The notes under the pieces: generated by a model
What the model was told of the DNA's origin: nothing
The model's input: the letters and a program-made list of their open reading frames with translations, nothing else
Databases searched by the model: none
In this document: in pieces, positions 49,712 to 58,922 of the stretch
Numbering within the stretch: position 1 is the first letter of the stretch
Layout: each line of letters begins with the position of its first letter
Translations under genes and position numbers: made by a program
Origin: Nannocystales bacterium
Lineage (GTDB): Bacteria > Myxococcota_A > Polyangia > Nannocystales > Nannocystaceae
Direction of reading: 5' to 3'
Assembly (NCBI GenBank): GCA_050633305.1
Contig: JBOEGF010000006.1
Coordinates: 64,001-128,000 of the forward strand
Length of the DNA: 64,000 bases

Positions 49712-51142
49712 ATGACCACTCTGCGCTCTCCCGCACTCCTCCTGCTGCTTTGCTCGGCGTGCTCGCTGTTCGGGGCGTCCAGCGACACCGCGCAGCCGGA
49801 GCCCGGCCCCGTCATCGGGCAGGACTCGAAGGACACGGTCAGAGCGGGAGAGGCCGCGATGATGGCCAACATCGCCCAGATGGACGAGGAGATCGACAAG
49901 AACGAGGCGAAGCTCCGCACAGCGCTTGAAGCCGCGCTCGGCAAGGCCTCCCCGGTCCCCGGTGGAGCCGTTCCCGCGTCCGCCTCGCAAACCGTCACAG
50001 CGTTGAAGAAGTCGAAGGTCGAGCTGCGCATCGAGCCCGTCCTCGATGCGCAGGGCAAGCCCCTGGGCAGCGGGCTGGTCCAGCTTACGGACTCCAACAC
50101 CGTCAAGATGGTCGAGATCTCGCGGAAGATGGGCTCTGGCGGGAAGGTCTCGAAGAAAGAGCAGAAGTTCATGCAGGACGCGGCAAAACAGATGACGCCG
50201 CTCAACGATCTGAAGGCGCAGGTCCGCGCCGCGGTCGACCCCGCGATGAACTCGGGCTGGATGATCACGACCGGATCGCTCACGACAATGCAGGTCGCCG
50301 CCAACATGGTCCGGACTCGACGACAGATGGAGATGGAGTGGCAGGACGAGGACTACGCGATCGTGCAGCAGCTCCTCGCCAGCCAGCGACGCCGCGAGTC
50401 GATCGGCGCGGTCTCGATCGGATTGATGGCCTCGTACCAACTCGCTTTCGCCGAAGGAGGAGACCCGTCGGTGGTGGAGACCGTGTCCCAAGCCAGCCTC
50501 GATGCGCTGCCGATGAAGGGCGAGGCGTCCCTCGACGAAGCCAAGGCGTACATCGAGAACTTCGATGCCAACGTCGAGTCTTCCCGCGTGCAGTACGAGA
50601 CGCAGATGCGGAAGTCCTTCGGCGATGAGGTCTACGAGACGAAGTACAAGGCAGGCATCGACACGATGTTCACCCAAATCGCGGGCGCGTCCTCGGCCCA
50701 GAGTGCGACCGAGATGATGGCGGAGAACAACGCCACGTACGAAGAACACCTCAAGATGTGCGCACGCGGAGAGACCCCTCCCCCGGGCACCATGGTCGGC
50801 CCGGGCAAGTGCAAGGAAGCGAAGGCCGCCGCGGGCAGCGGGGGGGAGCTCAGCGCGGATGTCCTCGCGGGACTGCTCGGCGGACCCGGCGCGGTCGACG
50901 GCAAGGCCATCGCCAAGAAAGGAATCCTGCTCGCTTTGGAGAAGATTCCAGGCGGAAACCAGGTCAAGCGTGCGCTCGAAGGGGTGAAGGCGCTTCGTGA
51001 TGGAGACCCGTCGGTCGCGCTGCGGCTTGCCGCAGACCTCGTGCCCCTGCCCGGTCCCGCCAAGATGGCGCTCAGCGGCGCCGCCACCATCGCCGAGGCC
51101 CTCCCCAAGGCCAAGCGCAACGCCCGGCGCATGCGCGGCTAG
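49712..51142 (+). CDS. Alpha-helical lipoprotein of unknown function
   Basis: MTTLRSPALLLLLCSA-C lipobox; Met/Ala/Gln/Lys-rich helical body; high GC3. Confidence 0.8.
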   Translation: MTTLRSPALLLLLCSACSLFGASSDTAQPEPGPVIGQDSKDTVRAGEAAMMANIAQMDEEIDKNEAKLRTALEAALGKASPVPGGAVPASASQTVTALKKSKVELRIEPVLDAQGKPLGSGLVQLTDSNTVKMVEISRKMGSGGKVSKKEQKFMQDAAKQMTPLNDLKAQVRAAVDPAMNSGWMITTGSLTTMQVAANMVRTRRQMEMEWQDEDYAIVQQLLASQRRRESIGAVSIGLMASYQLAFAEGGDPSVVETVSQASLDALPMKGEASLDEAKAYIENFDANVESSRVQYETQMRKSFGDEVYETKYKAGIDTMFTQIAGASSAQSATEMMAENNATYEEHLKMCARGETPPPGTMVGPGKCKEAKAAAGSGGELSADVLAGLLGGPGAVDGKAIAKKGILLALEKIPGGNQVKRALEGVKALRDGDPSVALRLAADLVPLPGPAKMALSGAATIAEALPKAKRNARRMRG

Positions 51143-51310
51143 AACAGCAGAGGCGTGCGTTGCAGGCCGAATCCAAACCGGTCGGCGCTCTAGAGCACGA
51201 CTGGGCCCGCCCCTCGGGCGCCCGAACGCTCGGGGCCGCGGGGAGCAGCACCGCCGCGGCCGTACGGGAGCTGGCAGTGAGGGAGGCCTCCCGCTGCGAG
51301 CGAGGCCTGT

Positions 51311-52150
51311 CTACCGTCGTTCGACGTAGACGCGGGTCATCACCGCCCGGTCTTCTGGCACCGGGCGGTCATTGGGTCCCGCCGAAGCCGCGAGCACCTC
51401 GCCGACGGAGATCGACCCCTCGGTGCACTGTCCGAAGATCGTGTGCACACCGTCGAGGTACAGCGCAGGCCCCAGCGTCAGGAAGAACTGGCTGCCTCCA
51501 GTGCCCGCGCCTCGGTTCGCCATGCTGAGCCGACCTGCGCGGTCGTGGCTGACCCCAGGGGCGAGCTCGTCCGGGATGACGTAGCCCGGGCCACCCTGCC
51601 CGGTCCCCTGAGGATCGCCGCCCTGCACCATGAACCCGGGGATCGCGCGGTGGAACAGGGTCCCGTCGTAGTACGGCCGGGTGATCCAGGCATCGTGTTC
51701 GGCGTCCTTGAACGGTCGCTTGCCCCGAGCCAAGCCGACGAAGTTGGCGACGGTCTTGGGGGTCTGGTTCTCGAACAGCTCGCACTCGAGTTTGCCGGCG
51801 GGCATCTCGATGACCACCCACAGCGGACCTTCGCCTTCCACCCCGTCGAGCGCCTCGTCGAGCGTGAACACCCCCCCTTTGGGGTCGCCCTGGGCGGTGG
51901 CGTAGGCCTGCATCTCCGCGTCCGTCATTCCGATTGCGGGAGGATCGCCCTCGGCAAATACGGTCTCCAGGCCCTTCGCGCCGGGGTCCTGAGCGTTCGC
52001 GTCCGGCGCGGATCCGCCACCCCCAGCCGGATCCCCGTCCTTTGCCAGCTCCTCGGGCAGCGGCGGAGGCGGTGTGAACACACACGACATGGCTCCGGTC
52101 GTCCCCAGGAGGGCCAAGGTTGCGACAAAGCGGGAGCTTCGGGCGAACAC
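51311..52150 (-). CDS. Cyclophilin-type peptidyl-prolyl isomerase, lipoprotein
   Basis: PKTVANFVGLA, YYDGTLFHR.IPGFMVQGGDP.GTG.GGPGY, LSMAN.G, GSQFF, HTIFG; N-terminal AMS-C. Start approximate. Confidence 0.92.
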   Translation of the reverse strand: MFARSSRFVATLALLGTTGAMSCVFTPPPPLPEELAKDGDPAGGGGSAPDANAQDPGAKGLETVFAEGDPPAIGMTDAEMQAYATAQGDPKGGVFTLDEALDGVEGEGPLWVVIEMPAGKLECELFENQTPKTVANFVGLARGKRPFKDAEHDAWITRPYYDGTLFHRAIPGFMVQGGDPQGTGQGGPGYVIPDELAPGVSHDRAGRLSMANRGAGTGGSQFFLTLGPALYLDGVHTIFGQCTEGSISVGEVLAASAGPNDRPVPEDRAVMTRVYVERR

Positions 52151-52263
52151 GAGCCTGATGAATGGCACTGGTCCTAGCGCTTGACAAGCCCGAAGCCGTG
52201 GGCCAAAACCGCCGTCCGTTCGAGACTCCGCCGGGCAGCGCCCGCAATTCGAGAGAAGACACC

Positions 52264-52536
52264 GTGGCAAACCACAAGTCCGCAGAAAAACGTAACCGCC
52301 AGCGCCCCAAGCGTCGCGCTCGCAACCTCCTTCACCTCAGCACGATGCGCACGTTCATGAAGCGTCTTCGCACCGCTCTGGGCAAAGGCGACGTCGAGAC
52401 CGCCAAGGAGACGCTCCCCAAAGCTATCCACGCCGTGGCCAAGGCCGCCAGCAAAGGCGTCATCCATCGCAACACCGCCGCACGTTACTTCTCGCGCATG
52501 ACCGTCGCGGTCGCAAAAGCCGAGAAGGCTGCCTGA
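52264..52536 (+). CDS. rpsT: 30S ribosomal protein S20
   Basis: (M)ANHKSAEKRNRQ..RRARN...S.MRT..K, KGVIHRNTAAR..SR; TTGACA upstream at 52181. Confidence 0.96.
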   Translation: MANHKSAEKRNRQRPKRRARNLLHLSTMRTFMKRLRTALGKGDVETAKETLPKAIHAVAKAASKGVIHRNTAARYFSRMTVAVAKAEKAA

Positions 52537-52571
52537 TCCGACTGGGCTCGCCGCCTGGCGTTCTTGAACGG

Positions 52572-52608
52572 AGAAACCCCGCCCAGCTCAGCTGGTGCGG
52601 GGTTTTCT
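52572..52608. terminator. Rho-independent terminator between convergent rpsT and holA, probably bidirectional
   Basis: AGAAACCCCGC-CCAGC-TCA-GCTGG-T-GCGGGGTTTTCT. Confidence 0.8.
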
Positions 52609-52669
52609 GATTCCAGTGTTCTGATCCCAGTGCGGGCGGCACCGCGGGCGAGTGGGCCCACCGCGCTCG

Positions 52670-53734
52670 TCAAGTCCGCGGCGCCACGCGGGGAAGCGTG
52701 TCGCAGACGTCGAGGATCCAGCGCTGCAGGGCGAGGTACGGGCTCTTGGTCACCGAGAACGACCCGCCCTTGAGGTCCTTGTCGAGCCGAGCCAGGCCCG
52801 CGTACGCGCGACGTAGCCGGCCCTCATCGAAGCCCCGGGCTTGCGCGGCAAGCTTCTTGGCCACGAAAGGCGGAACCCCTGCGACCTGGCCGATGCGGGC
52901 GGGGTTCGCCCCTGCAGCTTTGGCCGTGAACACGAGGCGCAGCTGACGGATCAGCATCGAGAGCGCCTGGTTTGCCTGGCCGATCTCCCCGGCGGTGGAC
53001 TCGGTGAACAGATGGGCGAGGACAGCGAGTGCCTTGTCGCACTGGCCGAGGCCCACGGCGTCGGTGAGATCGAAGATGACCGCGTCCCGGGTATGGCCGC
53101 AGGTCGCCCGCACGTCCACCACCGAGACCGAGGCCCCTTCTCCAGCGTGCAAGCTGGCGCGCTCCAGGGCGGCGAGGAGCGCGGACTGGCCGGTCCCCAC
53201 ACGAAGCACGAGCTGCTCGATCGCGCCACGGTCGATCGGGACCCCGCGATCCAGCGCCATCGCGGCGACAAAGTCGACCGCATCTCGATCCCGCTTGATC
53301 GCCTCGAACTTGGCGACGAACCCGACCTTTTTCGTCGCCGAGACGAGCTTGGACCGTCCGTCGATACCCGCACTGACGAGGACGAGCACGGTCGTCGGGC
53401 TGGGGTCCTTCAGGTACTTCACCAGCGCGTCGAGGCTGGCCTTGGCGGCGTCCCCCTTCTTGCCGACCATCTCGGGGTCGTGCAGCTCCACCAGGCGGCG
53501 TGAGGTCATGAAGGGCAGCTGTGCACACGCACCCAACACCGGACCGATGCCCTCGAGTTCACGACCCGCGAACCGCTCGTGGTTGAAGGATTCCATGCCC
53601 GGCTCGAGCACTTTGGTGCGCAGCTCCGCGAGGCACGCCTTCACAGGCCCGGGCTCGTTGCCGTACAGGAGGTAGACCGGCTCGAACGTCTCCGCCGCCA
53701 GCGCGCACTTGAGCGACTTGAGCGGGTCCGTCAT
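52670..53734 (-). CDS. holA: DNA polymerase III delta subunit
   Basis: PVYLLYGNE, QLPF...RRLV, IFDLTDAV, RQLR, PFVAKK, D..LK; convergent with rpsT as is common. Confidence 0.9.
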   Translation of the reverse strand: MTDPLKSLKCALAAETFEPVYLLYGNEPGPVKACLAELRTKVLEPGMESFNHERFAGRELEGIGPVLGACAQLPFMTSRRLVELHDPEMVGKKGDAAKASLDALVKYLKDPSPTTVLVLVSAGIDGRSKLVSATKKVGFVAKFEAIKRDRDAVDFVAAMALDRGVPIDRGAIEQLVLRVGTGQSALLAALERASLHAGEGASVSVVDVRATCGHTRDAVIFDLTDAVGLGQCDKALAVLAHLFTESTAGEIGQANQALSMLIRQLRLVFTAKAAGANPARIGQVAGVPPFVAKKLAAQARGFDEGRLRRAYAGLARLDKDLKGGSFSVTKSPYLALQRWILDVCDTLPRVAPRT

Positions 53735-54999
53735 TCAGCGCTCCGGGCCCGCAGCGTCGCCACAACCTCGACATGACTGGTCATCGGCATCAAGTCGAAC
53801 ACCGTCAGGTCCACCACGTCAAAGCCCCTGCTGGTCGCCACGGCGAGGTCGCGCGCCAAGGTGGCGGGGTCGCAGCTGACGTATACGATGCGCTGCGTCG
53901 CGACGCGGCAGGCCGACGCCATGCCCTCCTTGCCCAGCCCGGTCCGCGGCGGATCGAGCACGATGACATCGTAGGTGCTTCGACTCTCGGCCAGCTTCGG
54001 CAGCAAGTTGGTCGCGCTTTGACGCTTGGCGTTGATCGGCAACTCGTGGGCTTTGGCGAGGCCCTGCAGCTTCCGGATCGCATCGTGGTCGGTGTCGCTT
54101 GCCCACACCCGCTGCGCGTCTCGAGCCAGCGCTCGGGAGAAGTTGCCCGATCCCGCGTACAGCTCGAGGACCCTCAGCCCGCTGGCGTCGGCTTGCTTGA
54201 CGACGTGGTCGACCAGCGACTTGTTGCCGGCCGCGTTGGCCTGGCCAAAGGAGAACGACCCCAGCCGCACAGCGGGCCACAGCACCGTACCGTCGACGTC
54301 GAGCACCCGTTTGCCGACATGGCCTTGTGCCCGACCGCCACGCACCTCGATGCCGACGAGCGTGTCGTCCAAGACGGCGCGCAGGGCTTCGAGGACCTCC
54401 GGATCGGGTTTCACTTTGGGGAGGCCGAGCACGGCTTGCTTGCCGTCGGAGAGGCCGAGGATCTCTCCCGAAGCCGGGAGAAGCCCAGCCACCGCGCGCA
54501 ACCGTTGGGCCGCGGCATCGAGAGCAGGGTCCAAGACGAGGCACTTCGAGACATCGACGACCTCTCGCGAGCGCGCCGCGTGGAAGCCGAGGGAGAAGCC
54601 AGACTCCGAGCGCCGATAGTGGAACCGTGCACGTCGCCGATAGCCCTCGGCGGGACCCGCAAAGCCGACGCGCACGCCCGTAAACACGCTGCGGAGCTGA
54701 TCCGCTGCGATGCGTGCCTTGAACTCCGGCTGTTTGATCGGATCCACGTGTTGCCACTGGCAACCGCCGCACGTCATCGCGTACGGGCATGGCGGTTCGA
54801 CCCGGTGCGGAGATGGCTCGACGATCTCGACCAGGCGGCCGTGCACAAATCGTTTGGCGGCTCGAACCTCTTGAGCGTCCACGACCTCGTCGGGCAGTGC
54901 GCCAGGCACAAACCAGGTCGGGCCCTCGCCCTCGACCAAGTTGCCAACGCCGTCTCCACCATGGGCCAGCGCGCGAATTCGAATCCTGGAGTCGCTCAT
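53731..54999 (-). CDS. rlmD: RlmD/TrmA-family RNA (uracil-C5) methyltransferase
   Basis: TRAM domain, CPYAMTCGGCQWQH Fe-S motif, F.Q.N, ELYAGSGNF, LDPPRTG, YVSCDPATLARD, T.HVE. Confidence 0.88.
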   Translation of the reverse strand: MSDSRIRIRALAHGGDGVGNLVEGEGPTWFVPGALPDEVVDAQEVRAAKRFVHGRLVEIVEPSPHRVEPPCPYAMTCGGCQWQHVDPIKQPEFKARIAADQLRSVFTGVRVGFAGPAEGYRRRARFHYRRSESGFSLGFHAARSREVVDVSKCLVLDPALDAAAQRLRAVAGLLPASGEILGLSDGKQAVLGLPKVKPDPEVLEALRAVLDDTLVGIEVRGGRAQGHVGKRVLDVDGTVLWPAVRLGSFSFGQANAAGNKSLVDHVVKQADASGLRVLELYAGSGNFSRALARDAQRVWASDTDHDAIRKLQGLAKAHELPINAKRQSATNLLPKLAESRSTYDVIVLDPPRTGLGKEGMASACRVATQRIVYVSCDPATLARDLAVATSRGFDVVDLTVFDLMPMTSHVEVVATLRARSAE

Positions 55000-55209
55000 C
55001 GAGCCCCCACCCTTGCCGTAGTGGGCCACCGGGGTCAACCGACAGTGGGCCGGATGCAGGACACGCGCGGGTTCGCTGGAAGCGACGTGAAATCACACCG
55101 TCAAGATGGCAACGGTCGGCGCCAGTCTCACGACGACAGTGGCCGGTCTAGGGCCACATCGCCGTGTCTCCGCTCGTGTATTTCCGGTGAGTTGGAACAA
55201 CACTGGATC

Positions 55210-55225
55210 CGGCACGTGGTTTGCT
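55210..55225 (+). promoter_or_regulatory. sigma54 (-24/-12) promoter
   Basis: CGGCACG-TGGT-TTGCT: GG-N10-GC with near-consensus flanks, 14 nt before ATG 55239. Confidence 0.6.
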
Positions 55226-55238
55226 TCGTATGGTCAAC

Positions 55239-55700
55239 ATGGCCGCCGCCGCTTCGCGACTCCTCGCCCTCGTCCTCTCCGCCACCACCTTGGCGGCGTG
55301 CGACCAGGCGCAGGGCACGGAGGTCGGGCCGCGTGGGGGCGTGGTCGTGAGCGAAGATGGGCGCCTCAGCGTCGAGATCCCCGCAGGTGCGCTCGACAAG
55401 ACCGTCGACATCTCCATTCACGTGGTCGAGGACGGCCCCGAAGGCGATGAGACCGCGATCCGCGCGTACGCAATCGAGCCGCTCGGAACCGCGCTCGTCC
55501 TTCCCGCCCACGTCGAGTACGACTGGACCGTCGAGGCCGCGGCCGATGCACTCACCCGGGACGGCGAGGTGGTCGACCCCGCGCTGGTCATCGAGCGCGG
55601 CCCGCAGTGGCGCGCCCTCGCCGACCGAACCGTTGACCACGACGCCGGCTACGTATCGGGCACCGTCAACTACCTCGGCGTCGTCGCAGTCATCGACTAG
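55239..55700 (+). CDS. ZU5-like domain lipoprotein
   Basis: Lipobox LAA-C; VGPRGG.V.S.DG..SVEIPAGAL, Y.IEP.G..L..P. Confidence 0.75.
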   Translation: MAAAASRLLALVLSATTLAACDQAQGTEVGPRGGVVVSEDGRLSVEIPAGALDKTVDISIHVVEDGPEGDETAIRAYAIEPLGTALVLPAHVEYDWTVEAAADALTRDGEVVDPALVIERGPQWRALADRTVDHDAGYVSGTVNYLGVVAVID

Positions 55701-55929
55701 TCGTTCATGCCCGAAGTCCGTGCGGGGTTTCTGCGGCCCCCCTTCGAGCGTCGGGTAGAGAGAATCGCGATTCGCGGAACCCGGAGTCATTCGCGAATCG
55801 AAGGGCCGAGGGGCCCTCCGAACCCCTCGGTTGGCCAGGCCTGCGTTCGGTCCTTTTCCGCTCCGCATCCCTCGGGCACGCTTCGCTCTGTTGCTCCGAA
55901 CTCCCCGGCGCCTCCCGCTGGAGCCCCCG

Positions 55930-56417
55930 CCACGGTCAACGCGCGGGAGACCATTCGCCTCGAGACCAGCCTGCCGTTCGCGGTCACCTCGAACGACCCC
56001 GAGCGGTCCTCTCCCATCACGGAGTTCCTGCTCAGCTCCCAAGCGCTCGACGGGTTGAGCAGCCAAGGCGACCCCGCGATGCTCTCTCTCCCCGCATCGG
56101 CCCAGCACCAGGAAGACGATGTGTTCTTGGTGCCTGACGGCGACGCAAGCAACGACGTGACAGTGATTCACCAACAAGGCGGCGCGGAGCGGGATGGGGT
56201 CTTGGTCGATGCCGCCAGGTGGCCACCGTTGGGTGTGCTCGATGGTGTGGGCTACGAGTCCGTGCACCTGGGTGTCGAGACCGGCTCGCACAGCATCAGC
56301 TCGGACCAGCCATGCGGCATCGTCTCGGTCGGCTACGACCAGGATGTCAGCTACGCCAATCCCGGCCGGAGCGGGCTCGAAGTCACCTCCGAGCCGCCGC
56401 CGCCTCCGGTGGGATGA
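55930..56417 (+). pseudogene. 5'-truncated, degenerate IgGFc-binding-domain protein
   Basis: GDPAML.LP...Q....VFLVP, GSHSISSDQP.GIVSVGYDQDVSYA.PG resemble the C-terminal half of the IgGFc_binding domain. No signal peptide; the upstream part of the ORF does not look coding. Confidence 0.6.
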
Positions 56418-56515
56418 ACCCACGGGCCGCCGCGACACCCGCGTCATGCGTCTGCGCGTCGCGGCCCCGAATCGGCGCGCTGCATCCGGGCAGAGTGCGG
56501 CTATTGTGACAGTCT

Positions 56516-58018
56516 ATGTGTCTTAGGTTGAAACGATGGATTGTGATGTTGAGTTGTGGTGTTGGCGTTGCCGGATGCGACGGAGAAGCGGTCGATGCGT
56601 CGGGAAGCGACATCGCCACGTCGGGATTCGGCGAGTCCTCGGGCGCCAACGAGGGACCGGCCGACAGCGTCGGCGACGATGACGTCGACCCCGCACCGCC
56701 CCTGCCCGATGCGGGGAGCGAACCGTGGTGCGGAGACGGGGTCCTCGATGACGGCGAAGCTTGTGACGGTGAAGACTTCGGAGGATGGACCTGCGCAGAC
56801 GAAGGTGCGGACGGAGGCCAGCTGCGGTGTACCGACGACTGTCAGATCGACAGCTGTGACTGCACATGGGAGGACGGTGGCGGTGACTGCACCCCAGACA
56901 CCCCGCCCGTCTGTGGCAACGACATCCAAGAATCCGGCGAAGCGTGTGACGGGAGTGACATCCCGAGCTGGGACTTCGACCCCTGCGAAGCCGCCCTCGG
57001 CAGCGGCCACTACGGCAGCGTCTCGTGCAACTCCGACTGCACCCTCGACACCACCAGCTGTGGCTCGTGCGGGGACGGACTGTGGCAAGAATGGGAGGAG
57101 GAATGCGACGGTGACGCACTTGGAGAGGTCACCTGTGAGGACGCAATCCACGTCCCGGCCTCCGGCTCGCCGACATGCAACGAGTGGTGCGAGCTGAGCT
57201 TCGAGAGCTGTCAGCCGCTGTGCGGCAATGGTGTCCTCGACCCCGGCGAGGCCTGTGATGGCGATGCCGCCGGAGCGCAGACCTGCACCGACGTCGGCGG
57301 AGTCGGTGGTACGCCGACGTGCACGTCCCATTGCACGCTCGACACGTCGCCGTGCGAGTTCTGCGGTAACGGGGTCCTCGACCTCGGAGAGGTTTGCGAC
57401 ACCGATGTGTTCATCGAAGCCCAGTGCTCCGAGATCAGTGCGTTCGCGACCGGAGAGCTGAGTTGCTCGGACAGCTGCACCTACGACCTGTCGAGCTGCG
57501 ACATTCCGCTTGGAACCGTCGTGATCTCGGAGGTCATGCCCATCGCTGTCCCCGACCCGCTCTTTCCCCAAGGAGAGTGGCTCGAGCTTCACAACCCAGG
57601 AGCGGACGTCGTCCTCTTGGACGGCTGCACGCTATCGGGGGTCGTTCCCTTCGAGACCGAGCCCTTTGAAGCGGGCGCGGTGATCGAGGCCGGTGGATAT
57701 GCGACGTTCGGACACGGAACGGCCGAGCACCTCGGTTTCACGCCCGACTACAGCCTCGACGAAGCTTCGTCATTTCTCAACGTCGGCGACCTGATCCGGG
57801 TCGAATGTGCGGGGGTCCTGGTGGACGAGGTGGAGTACGACGACGCAAAGCCGTGGCCGCCTCTGGATCCCGGTCGTTCCATCGAGGTGTCGACCGCCGC
57901 TCTCAACGTCGTCAACAACGACGCGGGCACGTCGTGGTGCGCCGCCACCACACAGTACGCGCCGGGATACTCGGGAACCCCGGGCGAGCCGAACGACTGC
58001 CCACTGGAGGACAACTAG
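56516..58018 (+). CDS. Lipoprotein with five Cys-rich CG(D/N)G..E.CD repeats and a C-terminal lamin-tail domain
   Basis: VAG-C lipobox; repeats CGDGVLDDGEACD etc.; VVISEVM...EWLELHN...LNVGD...VDEV.Y...GTPGEPN. Confidence 0.88.
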   Translation: MCLRLKRWIVMLSCGVGVAGCDGEAVDASGSDIATSGFGESSGANEGPADSVGDDDVDPAPPLPDAGSEPWCGDGVLDDGEACDGEDFGGWTCADEGADGGQLRCTDDCQIDSCDCTWEDGGGDCTPDTPPVCGNDIQESGEACDGSDIPSWDFDPCEAALGSGHYGSVSCNSDCTLDTTSCGSCGDGLWQEWEEECDGDALGEVTCEDAIHVPASGSPTCNEWCELSFESCQPLCGNGVLDPGEACDGDAAGAQTCTDVGGVGGTPTCTSHCTLDTSPCEFCGNGVLDLGEVCDTDVFIEAQCSEISAFATGELSCSDSCTYDLSSCDIPLGTVVISEVMPIAVPDPLFPQGEWLELHNPGADVVLLDGCTLSGVVPFETEPFEAGAVIEAGGYATFGHGTAEHLGFTPDYSLDEASSFLNVGDLIRVECAGVLVDEVEYDDAKPWPPLDPGRSIEVSTAALNVVNNDAGTSWCAATTQYAPGYSGTPGEPNDCPLEDN

Positions 58019-58085
58019 GGGGCGTCCCAGGGATGGTGGGGCCGGAATCCGTCGGGGCGGTGGTCGCCTCGCACGGGTTCCGCTT

Positions 58086-58880
58086 TCACTGCCCGCGTAG
58101 CGTGTCACCCACGCGCAGCATGCCGGGCTCGCGGACCACCACGTTGCGCCCGAAGATCACCTTGCCGCTCGCGTCGCGGCGAAAGGTGGCCAGAGTCCGA
58201 AGCGGCTCACCGTCAGCCCGCGGGCGGTCGGGCCTTTCTGGGTCCAGCAGTGTCATCGAACAACGCTCGCAGCCGGTCGTGCACTCGAGAACGGTCTCCC
58301 CGCTGCGCAGCAGGGCCCACTCGTCTTCCGCCCAGGCCTGTTCAGCCTCGACCACGACGTTCGGCCGAAACGCGAGCATGGGGATCGGGCTGCCCTCGAT
58401 GCGCTCCTGCAAGTCGAGCAGCGACGCGGTATTGGCGACCAAGATCGGGTAACCGTCGGCGAAGCTGACCGCGAGTCCCTCGACCCCCCCGACGGGGCGC
58501 CGAGTCTGCTCGGGCATGTAGACGAGCTGGGCTGGCTCTCCGACAAGCGCGGTGAAGAACGCATCGAGTTGCTCACAGACGCGTAGCGCGGTCATCGTGT
58601 CGCTCCAGACCGACACCTCCACCTGTGATCCCTGCGTCGGCGCGAGTGGAACGGAACACGATCCAACACCTTCTGCTTCGAGCCGCAGTTGGTCTCCGTC
58701 AATCCGAACCGCGCATCGTCCCAACGCGGGATGGCTGCGCTGCGAGAGGAACTTGCCGCTCGCCGAGGTGACCATGAACCTGCGGTCGTTCGCGAGGCCC
58801 CGCTCCTGCGCCACGGCGACCTCGACCGGGATGCCCGGTCCGCTCTTGATCGGGTAGATGAAGAGACGCGAGATACGCAT
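58086..58880 (-). CDS. MOSC-domain (YcbX/mARC-like) protein
   Basis: LFIYPIKS, DRRFM, SFADGYP, FRPNVV, WAED.W, CERC, FG.N. Confidence 0.92.
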   Translation of the reverse strand: MRISRLFIYPIKSGPGIPVEVAVAQERGLANDRRFMVTSASGKFLSQRSHPALGRCAVRIDGDQLRLEAEGVGSCSVPLAPTQGSQVEVSVWSDTMTALRVCEQLDAFFTALVGEPAQLVYMPEQTRRPVGGVEGLAVSFADGYPILVANTASLLDLQERIEGSPIPMLAFRPNVVVEAEQAWAEDEWALLRSGETVLECTTGCERCSMTLLDPERPDRPRADGEPLRTLATFRRDASGKVIFGRNVVVREPGMLRVGDTLRGQ

Positions 58881-58922
58881 GCCGGAGGCTACCGTACTGC
58901 CCTGCGCAACGCCGGGCCCACG

